64,000 nucleotides of DNA from Lama glama (GCA_028534125.1 CM052816.1:43278001-43342000); one strand, 5' to 3'; positions 27,089 through 40,960 are shown, counted from the stretch's first letter. A program made the numbers and translations. The notes: generated by a model from the sequence alone, not told the origin.

Positions 27089-30000
27089 TAAAACAAATTA
27101 TATTTTTAAATGTAATATTTCTGGGTTCATTTTCTTAGAATACACTTAAATCAGCATTTTCCATATTTCAGTCTGAAACATCAAAATCACATCACTATAC
27201 ACGATTTACCACTAAATTTTTTGATATTTTAAAAAAGAAAATTTGGAACTTGAGCTACTAACCAAAAGAAAATCTTCATGTTTGAATTCATTTGCAAGAA
27301 TTGTGATGACCTTAGATAAGAAGAATTGTAGGAAAAAATACTGAATAAACAGAACAATTTTATTAGAGAATGACATAGTTACAAATGAATTTTATTTCCA
27401 AAGTTGTTTTAAATGATAATTGTTCATAAAAATATCCACTCACAATGTATATGTTTTGCCACCATATGTAACACTGTAATTAGGCATCTGTCAACATTTC
27501 TAGGGGTGTTAAATTTGTAGAATCTTGCTCTGGGGCCTAAAACTTTAGCACTTAGAAGGTTTTACCAGAGACCTCCTTTAAAAAGCAGGATTTTTTCTTT
27601 CTTTTTTCTTTTTTTTTTCTTTTTTTGGCATGATAGGTTATTGAATAATACAAGAGTGACTGTAGCTGTACACATTAAAGGATGTGTAGATTTTTATTTT
27701 TCTACTTGTGAAAATCTAAAATAGTTTTCATCTGAAATTTTTTATTTGTCTTGTGAGATTATTCCAGTCCCTTTTAGAGATTTTTTTTCAACTGAAGAGT
27801 TACTGATACTTGTAATAATGCACCTTCTTTGCCTTATTATAAAACTTAAGTATATAATACTCTTTTTAACTATATAGTTAGGCACTATTATGACTGTCGG
27901 TGAGGCTGCTCTGAACTCTGTGGTATGAGAAAAAAAACTTTAAGTCCAGAGTTATGAATACTCAAACTCACTTTCCCATGAAATCCTTTTTTCTAAAACT
28001 TCTTTCTTCAGTTATAATTTTAGTTTTTAAGAGACTCACTTTTCTTAGTAAGTTAGATATTTCCTCTCTAGTCTTAAAACTTGAACTGCTATATATATTT
28101 GGGTCAAATGCAATTCTGAAATAAAGTGTGAAACATTATCAATTAGAAAGTAAATACAGTGCTTTTACTTGCACATATAAAATATGTTTAAATTTCAAGC
28201 AAAAATTATTCCCAAAATTTCAAAGAACGTTCTCTAAAAATTATGGTAGGTACTACATTTCAGTGTCATGGGGTTGCATCATACCAGATTTTTAACATCT
28301 TCTCTATTTCACTTTTAAAGATAAGAAACAAGATTTTTACAGTCCAGCGTATTTCACTGAGACCCCAGCCTCCCCTCATCCTGTTGGCTTTTCTTTCATG
28401 TCAGGAAGAGATGTGCGTTATATAAAAGTGAGAGTGTTGCTTTCTACGTTAAAGTCTACAACAAGCTTATTGCACTGTGTTGGAAAAAAATCTTCTTTTT
28501 ATTAAAATACTGATCTGGAATGGTTACACAGAAACCTCATGTTTAGGAAATGACCTATTGACTGGCTATCTAAAGTTAGAAGCATTGACTTTGAGGCTCT
28601 TTTTTCCAGTATGTTTGTGTTCATGGCTTATGAAAGATGGTATCTTTTGTCAGCTGAGAACAAATACTCATCTTCCCACACTCAAGACACATTCAGGGTG
28701 CTGTTTTAGCAAAAATAATGGTCTGGATATAAAGAACGAATATGCAGATTTTTTAGAAGTATCATGTTAATTTATGATCTTAATAGTTATTTTCTGTATT
28801 GCATTAGTTGCTTCCATATCATGCCACTGTGGCATGGGTCATCATTTTATCTGGGGACATGACTACTGTGCAGAACTTCTGTTTAGTGTTTAGTGCCCAC
28901 CTTTAATATGGGTCTAATTGGAGACCTCTGTAATCTATTCATATATCCAAGTGAAGTCAAAATGATTTTTTTTTTTTACAAAATTGTGGCCCTTCCTCCC
29001 CTAGGCACTCCGTTTGTCCCCCGTTTTGTCAGTAGAGGAGCCAGCTCTTGGGGCACATACACATCCTGCCTAGGCGTCATAATTTCTAGTGCAAATGTTA
29101 AAGCACACTGATGACCTCAAAATAGCAAATAATCTGTCATCCAAGTTCTTGCCAGAGAAGGTAACCTCACACTTTCTGTTGCTCAGTTCTTACGAGGCAA
29201 AAATAAAAAAGAATACAATCGTCTAAAATAATATAATTGTCTAAAGGAGATGAAGACCATCCATTCCTTTAGACGTGCTTGTCTCTTGAGCAGACCAGAA
29301 TATCACAGACTGTCGGGTCACCTGAAACACATTATCTTACTGTCCCCTGAGTTACTTTTCCCAAGCGCAGCATGTCATAAGTCTACACTAAAGACACAAG
29401 TCTAAAAAACAACTGCTCTCCATGACTGGTTTGCTCTTTATCCCCTAGATGCAGTGACCCGTAATCAGCTGTGTTGTCCTCTTTGTCAATAGGAAGCTCG
29501 GTCAAATTTTTGGCCATCATCTGGCAATTATACAGTCCTTTGTATTAGTCATCCTTATGTGTTCATCTTACCCTATCCCTGCCTTTATCCTATTTCTCTG
29601 CTCCTCTTACTCTTCATTTATTTCTCTTAATGTATGCATAAGCCATCTCAAATGCTTTTTTCATTGACGATTATAAGTAAATATTAAACAAGCAAAAATA
29701 ACTGCTACTATATTCTTAATGATAGAATTAAAATTTTCACTATTAAATCACTGTAGTGTTTATATAATTTTTAGCCCTCTTTTTCACATTTTGTAAATGT
29801 ATCTTTTCTAGTAAATGAGTTATAGCACTCTACTATTGGGATTCTTGAAGTAATTTTGTCTTGATATGGGTTTTCTTTCATTTATAACTTTTCTTAGGAA
29901 AGTTTTCAACGATCGATGTATCTACTAATAGTTATAAACGGTTGCCCCCAGAGCATTGAAGTCTGACTAACTGAAGGCGCCTTATTTTCAGTAACCAACA

Positions 30001-31155
30001 TCTTCGTTTTTCACTGTGCAAATTAATCCTCCACCTTAGTTAACCTTGCAAGTAGATTCAGTGGCTTTCCCATCAGTATGACTTTTTAAATTTTCTCTGT
30101 GAAATAGAAATAAAATAATAGATGCCATTCACCTATAGTGATGCCCAAAGGATATATTTAAGATTCTTTGGGAAATAATTCCCATCCATTGCTTCTTTAA
30201 CAAGATCCAAGTAATAATTCTCTGGTTTTAAAATCCTTAGGGAAAAGGGGGACCTTTTTGGCTCTATAATTAAAATGTTTCTTAGAGCTGATATACCAAG
30301 CAAGGAAGTGGGAATAATATGTAGTTGCCAAATTTTGTAACACATGTAAAATATACTTTACATTCATTACAGTATCTCACACTCCAGAATTGCAACTATT
30401 TACAAACTCAGAAGTAAATTTAATTCCAGAGAGGAAAATTTAAGTCCTTGAGCAATAATGAAAGATTGTGACTTTTCTGGACAGGTGCAGAAAAGCCTAT
30501 ATGGAAAATCCAGTTAGAGTTTTGAAATGTCTTTTTGGGACAAAGCTTGGTACAGATGCAGTAAAGATTATAATTGTAAATAATTTTCATAACCCTTTCT
30601 CGTAATTGTTTAGCCTCACCTGGTTCTGCTCAATCTTTATGGTAAATCAGTCCTTAGTGGAACTTAGTTAATTTAAGTGCTCATGAATTTTATCTGTCCT
30701 CATACTATAAAATATTATCTAGTATTGAAGTAATCAGTTATATCTAATATGTTCCCTGTCATTTTCTAAGCTAGTCAATAGTAGGAATTTACGTTTACAT
30801 GACATACTTGTGAATATATGCATTTAATTTAAAATCAGTCCATTATTATCTTAATGGCAGATGTTATTCTATATGTATTAATGGTGTTATATAAATAAGT
30901 TCAGGATCCTTTAAGGATTCTTCCCATTTAGAAGGCAGTTGCATTATGGGATTTTTTTTTTTTTTTAAGAAAAGACCATTCAGAGAGGAACTGCTTTGGG
31001 AAAGAGAACTGGGAATAAAATTAAAGTAGTACCAGACAGGTGAGGGCAGCTCTAGACTTGGAGACTGAATGTGATAAAAATTGTCTCTTTCTGCATTACC
31101 TTAACTAGGATGAAAAGAAATCACGGTGTTAGTAGCATAAGTGATACTCTAGAAG

Positions 31156-31231
31156 CTGTCAGTGTCTGTCATAAAGTGACAGGGAGCTTTCATGACCAGT
31201 AGTCAGCAACTATATTGACAGTACCTGACAG
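31156..31231. promoter_or_regulatory. Homotypic TGACAG (MEIS/PKNOX/TGIF) motif cluster
   Basis: CTGTCA at 31156 and 31166; TGACAG at 31177, 31216, 31226. Confidence 0.5.
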
Positions 31232-31429
31232 AACTTTTTTGTTCTTTTCTTTTTCTTTTTCAAGTGCATCATCAAGAAATCAATCAAAATAGAAAATGTA
31301 GCAACTTTATGCCAGATTTATGTTATTCATAATAATTTGCTTTACATGATATTTTATTTATTTCAAGAATAAATGGTATGAATACATTTGAGGCTGTTTT
31401 GTTTATACTTTAAAGTTTTCTTAAATTTA

Positions 31430-33110
31430 TGGCTAGAAGAAATAAAAGCTGTAAGAATTAGAACAGAGAAAAATAGAAATTATTCACATATGATATGACT
31501 GCTTATGTAGAAAAATCAAAATCTACAGACAAATTTTTAGGATGAAAAGGATAATTTTGCAAGGTTGCTGGATACAAAATCATTATACAAAAATCAGTTG
31601 CATTTCTATATACCAACAATAAGCAGTTAAAGATCCATTTATAGTAGCATCAACAAACATGTCATACTAGAAAAAAAATTAAAAACTAAGAGACATATCG
31701 TGCTCGCAGATTCAGTCACTCAACATAGTAAAGATGTCAGTTCTCCCCAAATTGATACACAAGTGTAACATAATCCCTGTCAAATTCCTGGCAAGGTTTT
31801 TCTTGCAGATATAACTTTCTGAGGTCTCCAAGACTATCCTCACTTCTAATACCAACTGCAAGTAGGTGTCCCTAAGACCATCTTCAGGTTTGATCACTTT
31901 CCCAAAGGACTCACAGAACTTACTGAAAGCTGTTATATTCTTGGTGACAGTCTAGAGCAGCAAAAGAGTGTAGATTAAAATCAGCCAAGGAAAAGCACAG
32001 AGGGCAGGGTCCAGGAAAGCTCCAAGGATGAATTTCCAGTTGTCCTCTTCCAATCAAGTCATGGACAGTGCTGCCTTCTCCCAGCAATAATGTAGACAAG
32101 TTTCTTCTAAAATTTATATAAAAAGGCAAAGAAACTAGAATACTTAAAACAATTTTGAAACAGAGGAAGAAAGTGGGAAGAATCAGTCTCCCCAGTTTCA
32201 GTACATTACTGGCAGAGATACAGAGAAACTAGATCACTCACACATTGCTGGGAGAAGCATAAAATTGTACGATGACTTCGGGAAACAGTATGGCAGTTTC
32301 TTGACAAACAAAACATGCAAGTAATATACAGCCCAGGATTTACACTCTCGGGCATTTACCCCAGAAAAATGAAGATTATTTTACACAAAAATTTGTACAT
32401 GAATGTTTAGAGCAGCTTCATTTATGGTAGCCAAAAAAACTAGAAACAACCCAGATATCCTTTAAGATGGGAATGTTAAACTGTGGTACATCCATATCAT
32501 AGAATACTATTCAGCAATGAAAAAGAACAAACTATTGATACACAACAACCAGGATAAATCTCCAGAGAATTAAGCTGAATGAAGAAGGCCAATCCCATGA
32601 AGTTACACACTGTGTGATTCCCTTTATATAACATTCTTGAAGTGACAAAAAACACAGAAATGAAGAACAGATTAGTGGTTGCCAGGGATTAAGGAGGGCC
32701 TGGAAGGGAAGTGGCTGTAGCTATAAAAGGGAAACATGAGTGATCTTTGTGGTGATGGAAATGTCCTGTATCTTAACAGTAGCATATCAATATCCTGATT
32801 GTCATATTGTACTATGGTTTTACAAGGTGTTCCTCTTGAGAAAAATTATAAATGGGACGCAGGATCCATCTGTGTTACTTCTTACAACTGCATATAATCT
32901 ATAATTATCTCAAAAGAAAAAGTTTAATTATAAATTAGTGAATAAATGAATGAATCTCAAAACTGCAGTGCAAATCCTCTGTAGAGAAAGTGATAAAACT
33001 TTATTAAGAGGCATTAAAGGTGATCTAAAAAAATGGCAAGATATATCACATTCATTGATTGTAAGACTCAGTATTGTAAATATATCACTTCTCCCCAAAC
33101 TGGTCTACAT
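31430..33110 (+). mobile_element. Old L1 fragments (ORF2 remnants plus L1MC1/2-like 3' end ending ~32930)
   Basis: gcaaggttgctggatacaaaatcattatacaaaaatcagttgcatttctatatacc; aagatgtcagttctccccaaattgat; 3' end acaactgcatataatctataattatctcaaaa. Confidence 0.85.
31815..32092. mobile_element. MER21-like LTR fragment nested in L1
   Basis: aaggactcacagaacttactgaaagctgttatattc...gattaaaatcagccaaggaaaag...ttccagttgtcctcttcc; L1 ORF2 resumes directly after it. Confidence 0.7.
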
Positions 33111-33299
33111 AAGCTTCAGTTCTTTAACAATTGTAATCCATTTCTTCTCCAGCTGGACTTCAGAATCACCAGAATCACAGATGTCCAGCCCCTGAGATTT
33201 TGAAAAAGTTTTAAAATTGTTAATTGGCCAGGGCCTGGGAGAATAAGGGATACTTCTAGAAGAAGAGTTGAGGGATTAAACCCAGAAAAGAAGGTTGGG

Positions 33300-33735
33300 T
33301 TCAGGGAATGGAGGGCTTTAAACCATATTAAGGAATTTCTACTTAATTTGATAGATTATGGAGCCCATTGGATATGTCTGAGCAGAGAAAGAGGCCTATG
33401 ACACAAATTGTACTTTAGAATTTTCCATCTGGTAGCAGAGTACAAGATAGAAGAGAAGAGGCTGAAGGCAATGAAATGAGATAGGAGGAAGTTTCTGGAT
33501 TCTAAATGATAGGTCATTAAATCTAGAGTGGCAACAGGAGAATGGAGAGGAAGAAAGAGACTGGAAAAACTTCGCTGAGTTGTAATTGTCAGGATTGGGC
33601 CACTGATTAGATCAAGAGATGGCAAACGAGGGAAGAGGAAAATCAAAGATGACTGAGAGGCTTTGAGCTGGTGAGTAGCTAAGAAAATATTGTGTCGATT
33701 CCAGAAATAATGAACTCAGTGGAGAAGCCTGCCTG
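33300..33735 (-). mobile_element. L2 fragment
   Basis: atggagcccattggatatgtctgagcagagaaagaggcctatgac...gagggaagaggaaaatcaaagatgactgagaggctttgagc. Confidence 0.7.
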
Positions 33736-34129
33736 GAGAGTAAGTGCACCAGTTCCCTGGGTGGCTTGTAGAAATCAAATGCTATGACAGCAGGGTCCCC
33801 ATCCCAATACCTTCGCACTACACACACCAGTCATTCTTAGGGCTGAGAAACTGGAGGTATCAGCATATATAACAAGAGCAGGATTGTTAGGAAAATGCTG
33901 TTTCTAGTTCAACTCCATTTTTTTTATTCACTACTTTGAAATGTCTTTTTTTTAGGTGCTCTTTCAACTCTTACTGCATATTACTATTACTCACTTTTAT
34001 TTATTTGTGTGAACTAGCAGGGGATAGGTTTTTTAGAGAATGGTTTATAGAGGTGGGAGGAGTTAGTAAATGCTGTCAGGAAGAGTTAAATCCATCATTC
34101 CACTCCTCCATCATGTACTCACCATTTAC

Positions 34130-34745
34130 CATTTACCATGTACCAACTAGTATACTCTTCTAAAATGCAAGTCAGATTATATTTCTCCTCTGCTGGAAAC
34201 TCTGCAAACAGCTCTTCTATTGCGCCTGGAATAAAATTCAAACCTTTCACTGAGGCCTGAGAGACTTCATGTGGCTTGGAAGCCGCCCACCTCTCTGAAT
34301 CACCTTGTACCACTTTTCCCCCCTCCCCCACCTCGCTCCAGGCATCCAGCTCTTTAGCTCCCTGATGGCAACCAGCTCGTNNNNNNNNNNNNNNNNNNNN
34401 NNNNNNNNNNNNNNNNNNNNNNNNNNNNNNNNNNNNNNNNNNNNNNNNNNNNNNNNNNNNNNNNNNNNNNNNNNNNNNNNGTCTAACTGACAGCCACCGC
34501 TCCTAGACCCTCCCCCTCCCCCTCCTCCTCCTCCTCCCCCTCCCCCTCCCCCTATTGTGTTTTCTTCACAGTGCTTCTGACTCTGAAATGATCATGTTCA
34601 TTGGTTTGTTTGTTTATTGTCTCTCATCCCCACTAGCACTTGTGCACCAAGAGCAGAGTCTTTATATATTTTTTCTCGCCACCGCATCCCCAGCCCAAGG
34701 AAATAGCGGGCCTGCCGTACAATAAATACACACATGAATGTATAA
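34130..34745 (+). mobile_element. L2 3' region interrupted by gap and C-rich low-complexity tract
   Basis: ctaaaatgcaagtcagattatatttctcctctgctggaaactctgc...ggaataaaattcaaacc; tttattgtctctcatccccactag. Confidence 0.75.
34381..34480. other. Assembly gap (100 N)
   Basis: Run of N. Confidence 1.
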
Positions 34746-34976
34746 ATTAATCGCTCACAGGACCTCTGAAAAAACTGCCCACAAAATCTGTCCTTTAGAA
34801 TAGAATCCACAATTGAGCGAGGAGGACCACAGTAGATTCAGATATTTGAACTAGTAAATGGTTTTGTCTTGTTTTGAAATAAGGAGAGTATTTTGCAATT
34901 CATTCTCTCATCTCTTCCCTTTCAGACTTTCTCATTCTCTCTCCCTCCCTCCCCACCTCTCTCTCTCTGCCCCCTC

Positions 34977-34988
<12 letters not shown>

Positions 34989-35058
<70 letters not shown>
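34989..35058. repeat. Compound microsatellite (CT)18(CA)17
   Basis: Direct read. Confidence 0.97.
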
Positions 35059-35062
<4 letters not shown>

Positions 35063-38000
35063 TCAAACTGGCAGCCATAAGCCGTAGGTACTAGCTAGGA
35101 ACACAGAGAAGCTGGGAGAAAAGGGGAGCCTGACGAGGTATCTGCAAAGCTGCAGCAGCCCTCTCAGTCAGTGTTAACGTTAGAATGGGGCCCAGTAAAG
35201 CTCGTTGCTGGTTGTGTTGGGAATGATAGGATCAGAAACCTGTACTTATGGAAGTAACTTGTTTAGTGCTTTGTGCTCTTAAGATCTACTGGTAATGTTA
35301 CTTTTGAAACTGACAAAAGGAAACTGGAAAAAGAGAACTTTTGCCCACATCTGGGCTCAAATTTTAAAGGGAATATCCCTGGAGGCCAACCCTTGTGGCA
35401 ACAATAAGAGTAGTTGTGAAACAAAAATTAAAACCAAAGAAAGCACTTCTACACCAGCTGTCTGGGTTTGTTAGGCAACTGAAGCAATAAAAATGTGTCC
35501 ATTTTTTACTAGTTGGAAGAAGGTTGATTGGAGAGGTCTGCCAGGTTCAATGTCAGAGACCCAACAGCTACTGCAGGCTCTCTACTCTGCCGAAGTTTAC
35601 CTCCCAGAGATGTCTCTTGGGTCGTAAGCTGCCCAGTGCCCCAGCCACCCCCTCACTCACCTCCCATAGATGAGAGATATAGAAAAGAAGCTAGAGGAAA
35701 GGACAGCCTTCCCCAGAAGCTGCAAATGACCCAGAAGTTTCTACCACTGATTTTCTGTCTTTGTTTCAGCCTCTTATCTCTGGTCAAGCTTGATGACTTG
35801 CCTTTGGGGTCTCAACACAATCTCAGCTTTAATGGGTTTGCAGCAGTGTTAACAATGGAAAGAGACTTGCCTGTATGTTACACAAGTAATTGAACCAGGC
35901 CCTGCAACCTTGGCACTTCCCTCATGCAGTCCCGATGAACACCCCACCCTACTCCGCTTACTACCCTCAGTGTGGCTGAGTCTCACCCTTGTGCTTCTAA
36001 CTTGGAGAGTCTCCATTAGGAGCGCTTCTTCGTTCAAATGTTACTAAGTTTATATTTTTGTTAATGATGTTCTCCTTAGAAGCTCTGGAATTCACTTTAA
36101 AATGAATTTTAGTAGTTATATTTTCTTTCTTTTAGAAGGCACATTATTTTTCTGTGCCCTATTATGTCTCTAATTCTTTATAACTTTCTAAAAATAACTG
36201 CTAGTGAGCTCATAAATTCATTAGTTAATCCCACTGGGACTCAGTAATGCATATTACAGACCTCCTGATTTTTATATATTAGATTTTCTCAAGAATTCCC
36301 TTACCTGTTATTATCAACATAGCTATATTGACAGGGTCCTCATTATTTCTTAATTGCCCATATTTCTTTTTCTTGTTAAAGATCAATTTTTAAAATCAAG
36401 CTTTGTCATTTTGAAAGTACCATAGACATGTTATCCTGTTAATAGTAATGTGTTTCAGATCTTTCTAGTTTTTCTTCTTTCCCCTTTATCCTAGGAAACT
36501 TATAAAATTTATCCATTACCTTTTTCTTTCAAAACAAAGTCTTTTGTTGCAGGGGAAGGGAGTTTTAGTGAGAGGGTAGGGGCACGTGCTAGTTTTTTCC
36601 CCCAGAAATAAAGATTAAAAAAATTTCTCATTCACAAAGCCAAAAGGTGACTTTGTGAACAGTTATATTCCCTATTCTAAATCAGACCCCAAAATGTAGT
36701 AAATTATGCATAGATTGTCAAAATTATTCCATGACCTTTTGGTCTAGGACCATGTAAAATAAGATGACTAGCAATAATTAGAATAGTAAATGACTGACCA
36801 AGAAATTCCTCTAAATTATCTTTTTAGTGAGACCTTACTCAGACTGTCTATCATGTTGTACTAGTAAACCTCATCTTGACAAATCTGATTATGTGTATGA
36901 GAGAGAGAGAGAGAGAGCGTGTGTGTGCGTATAATATCATTTGAAGAATGATTATTTGCTTTCCTAGGGAATTCTTCACTCTGTTAAAAGATGCATTGAA
37001 GAAGTAAATAACTCACTTTTTCCCTTAAAATTACCCTATTTACAGAAATTATATTTACCTATACTTTTTAAGGCATCTACTGCATAAAATGAGGTACAGC
37101 TTCAGAGTAGTCTACATCTACCAAAGTAAACATCAGGATTTTGGCTGCTAACTCAATAGCATATTTTGGCATAGTTTTTGACAGAAAAAAAAAAAACAAA
37201 AACCTAAGCACTAAGACCAAGTGAAGGGGAGTATGGACCAAGTAGACTTGTAAGAGACATTTGGATTAAAGTCATCACAGGAAGAAGTAAGGGGAATAGA
37301 CAAGACAGAAGATACAGCAATGTTTTTGTCTCTCTTATCTTTTTCTTTGAGCATTCTACTCTCAGAGCTATTTCCAGCCATTTTTTGTTTAATTTCTAAA
37401 TGCTATTACATAAATGTAGCCTCCCTCTTTCTCAGTTCCATTACAAGACACTTTTTTCTTAAATACATAGTCTTTTGGGAAAACACATGATACATTTTAG
37501 CAATTTATTCTTTCTCACATGATTTATAGTCTCATCCTTTATACTTAAATTTTCTAATCTTTTTGACCATTTGTGCTGTCTCCCCTTTAAAATTTGCTAG
37601 AGTTCATTTTTTTAAAACAAATGAACTATAAAGGATAAATATTCATTCAGTGTAGTATTTTTATTGGAAGATCCCCTGTCCACTGCCTTTTGGTTATTTC
37701 ACAATGAAGAACATCGTTGACAAACAGTATTTGTGGAAGAAACATTAAGAGAAGCAAAAGGCACCTTCTACTCTGCATAAGGATAGAAGAGATAGCTATA
37801 GTAGGTTTCAGATTATAGGGAAAATTAATCTCTAATGTAATAAAAAAAAGAATTAACTTCATTTTTATTTAAGCTGACCCTTGATCATCTAAATACCTCC
37901 CGTTACAACAAATACTCCTCAGTGCTTTTACTATCTTGAAATAAATTCTAGAGATAACATAATTCACCTACTTACAAGATTGCTAAATTATTGTCTTGCT

Positions 38001-38189
38001 CTAGTTAACAGACAGAAAGAATAAAAGAAAATAACCTTAATAAAAATCATACACATATGAATATTTAAAGCACTCAGGAAAAATCTATGTGGGTCCTGCA
38101 CATAGAATCACCATGAATTCCACATCTACAAATGCAGGCTGATGCATGTGTGCTTTTTGGTGGCTCAAGCACTGTGGGCAGGGAGGCCA

Positions 38190-38606
38190 TCAGTGATGAG
38201 ATTTTCTCATACGGTAAACTACTCTCGGTAATATTTTGAGCAACATAAAGTACAAAATTCCTTCAATTTACATGGTAGTTGGATTCCTAGAAAATTCCAC
38301 GTATATTAAAGTCATGCCAAAAGTACTTTGAGATTATTTGTTAAACAGATCTAAATTCTAAGTGCATATAATTATAAACAGGTTTTTCAACTATGTGAAT
38401 AGCTGGTGAAACATTTGAAAACCATGTGGGATGCAGAACAATTCTTCATCATGCTGTAATAGCACTGCAAATTGGTGAATGTCCATATCCGTGGCCCTTT
38501 CCCATTAAATGCCAATAGCGCCTTCCAATCATCTTGACCTCCAGAATTTCTCTACAAATTTCCAAAATGCTCCAGAGGCCTCTTCCTTGATCATTAAGAA
38601 CCACTG
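38190..38606 (+). mobile_element. MER20B-like hAT-Charlie DNA transposon remnant
   Basis: Terminus taagaaccactg and internal tggccctttcccattaaatgccaatagcgcc...aaatttccaaaatgctcc; left boundary uncertain. Confidence 0.65.
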
Positions 38607-40361
38607 ATTAAGACTGAGCAAAGGTACTTTTATGTAATAAAGAACTGAGATCCTGCACATTTATTTTGAAACTGAATTTATTTTATGAGTTAGGAAACTG
38701 AATTTGCCCCAAAGGTGAATTATCTAGTAAAAACAAGCCTGACAAGCCAAAAGAATATGAAAATCATTCCCTGAGAACATGGCAGATATTTAGCATGGAA
38801 AAGCCCTTTGCTTTATTTCCTATATTGTGGAAACCACTTAGATTAGGAAAATAGGGGTTTGAAAAATGGAGTGAGTTCACAGGCCCTAAAAAAAACAGCT
38901 TCTGATATGGATGAAGTAGTGGTAGAGGAAACACCAGGCCCTGATTATAAAACCGTGTTTATCTCCTTCAAATAACATAGTGCTAAATGGACTGGTTTCC
39001 ATGTTACCTGCACATCATTGCAACTTATTAATAAATGGCTACTTTTTTGACTGGCCTAAACGTTCCTCTTTCAAATCCTTTTATGAATAGAGAATGTAAT
39101 GGCCTAGTGTTTCCATTCTGATGGAATCATTTCCCCTAAAGTGGTATATTTTTTAAATACTGGAAAGCTGCTGTCAAAAGTTCCCGTCTCTAAGCATTGC
39201 CATGGGTGGGTATTTATATTAATATGTGAATATTTTCATTTAACTTTGGTCCTGAATTTTCAAAAATGTGTATATGAAGCCCCAGATGGACATGCAACTA
39301 CCTAACTTCCAAATGCTACTTTAAATATCTACTTTCAAAGATTTAGAAAAGAAAGCCATTTTTGTATGATTTTCCTGTTAACACACCTTACTTCAGGGAG
39401 AATTCTTCCTCCCCCACTCCATTCTCTATAATTGTTTCTAACCCACCTTGCTTATTACTTTACTCCTAGCAATTTCCCTCCTCTGAGCACATATTCTCAT
39501 TATTTATACTCTTAAATTGCAAGGATAAATGTTGAGAGCCGATGCAGCTCCTCAGTTATCTCAGGGACTTTGGTCTTTTCAGCCCAGGACTAATCAAGCA
39601 GAGACTCATCATAAGCTAAAACTAAAAAGCCTTTGTAGTGATTTTTATCACCAGGGAAATTTGTTCATCCTTCAGAAAGATTGTCACAAAGAAAGAAAAA
39701 ATAAAGGAGTTAAAATTGCTTCAGACCATTGACTCCTTAGGTCCCTCTAGATTCATAGATTGAATTGGGGTGGGATTTGTTTTCAAAGGCTGGGAGGAAT
39801 TATGAGAAGAGTTTCCTGAGAAAGCTTACAAATTGATCATAGCCTTGGTAACACTAGTAAGTGTTAAGTGTGATCACTATGGAGGAAATGCCAAATGAGC
39901 CTGGAAGCATGGGAAATGAGAAGGAAAAGATACAATTAACACCTTTTTTTCCCCATTGTGTTTGGGAATGGGTGTTTCCATGTAGTATGCATCTGAGAAT
40001 AGTCAATACAGTTGACTTTATTTTATCATTATAAGTGTGCAATTAGTAGTTATTACTGAAATGAAACTAGAGTTGCAAGCACTATAGAATCAGGTATAGG
40101 CATTCCATAAACCTATCCGGAAACTAGGCCCCTTCTAGATATACCAACAAAATATTATTTAAAGTAGGTATGTCTGATCATATCGAGACTGCTCACAAAC
40201 TTCTTTTGTGTTTGGAGAATATAAATGCCTCCCTATTCAAAAGAATTTTTTAAGGTTGTTACCTGAATAAATCGGTGAAAATTATGTAATAAAAATGAAT
40301 ATGTGAATGTCACATATATTTTAAAGAACTTGAAATTGTACACACTTATCAATGCAGGCAA

Positions 40362-40379
40362 GTGTGTGTATGTATGTGT

Positions 40380-40419
<40 letters not shown>

Positions 40420-40442
40420 ATATATATATATATATATATATA
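40362..40442. repeat. Compound (GT)n(TA)n microsatellite
   Basis: Direct read. Confidence 0.95.
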
Positions 40443-40868
40443 TGTTTTTTCCCAGGAATTCTGTTGACACTGGTCAAAAATCCAGTAAGGCACTTGAGGA
40501 TTTGCCAGGATAAACCTACATTCATCTCTCTCTTCTAGTGAATAACATTGAATTTTGCCCAAAATGAGTAAGCAAACAGAAATGACCTTATTTTTCAGTC
40601 TGAACACAGTAGTGTTGGGGGATATTTCTCAAGGATATGACTTTAATACTAGTTCCAGATGCAGGTTCATAAGGCCAGTCTGCAGAGGAGAAGAGGATAG
40701 AGAGCCTCCTTCTGAGGGCACCTATTAAAAGAAGGGGGTTCTCTCTCTAGTAAGGCCAGCTCCCACAGCTAAGTCACATGCACGGACTGTAGCTTTCTGC
40801 TCTCTGGTCGACGGCAGCCATAGCATCCTTATTGTTGTAACTCCCAGATTGTGATACTGTCACAAAAC

Positions 40869-40960
40869 TGTTGCTAGGCAACAAATGTGGTTACCAGGTC
40901 TCAGCGAATAGCTGAAGGGGAAAGCAAAGTGTTGCACCATTGTAGAGTAACCATAGCAAT
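40869..40960. promoter_or_regulatory. Paired RFX X-box motifs
   Basis: TGTTGCTAGGCAACA (40869-40883) and GTAACCATAGCAAT (40947-40960). Confidence 0.6.

Noticed and set aside
34858..35094. SL/TH-repeat ORFs (also 40233-40607 and 55763-56097)
   Set aside because: Translations of dinucleotide microsatellites
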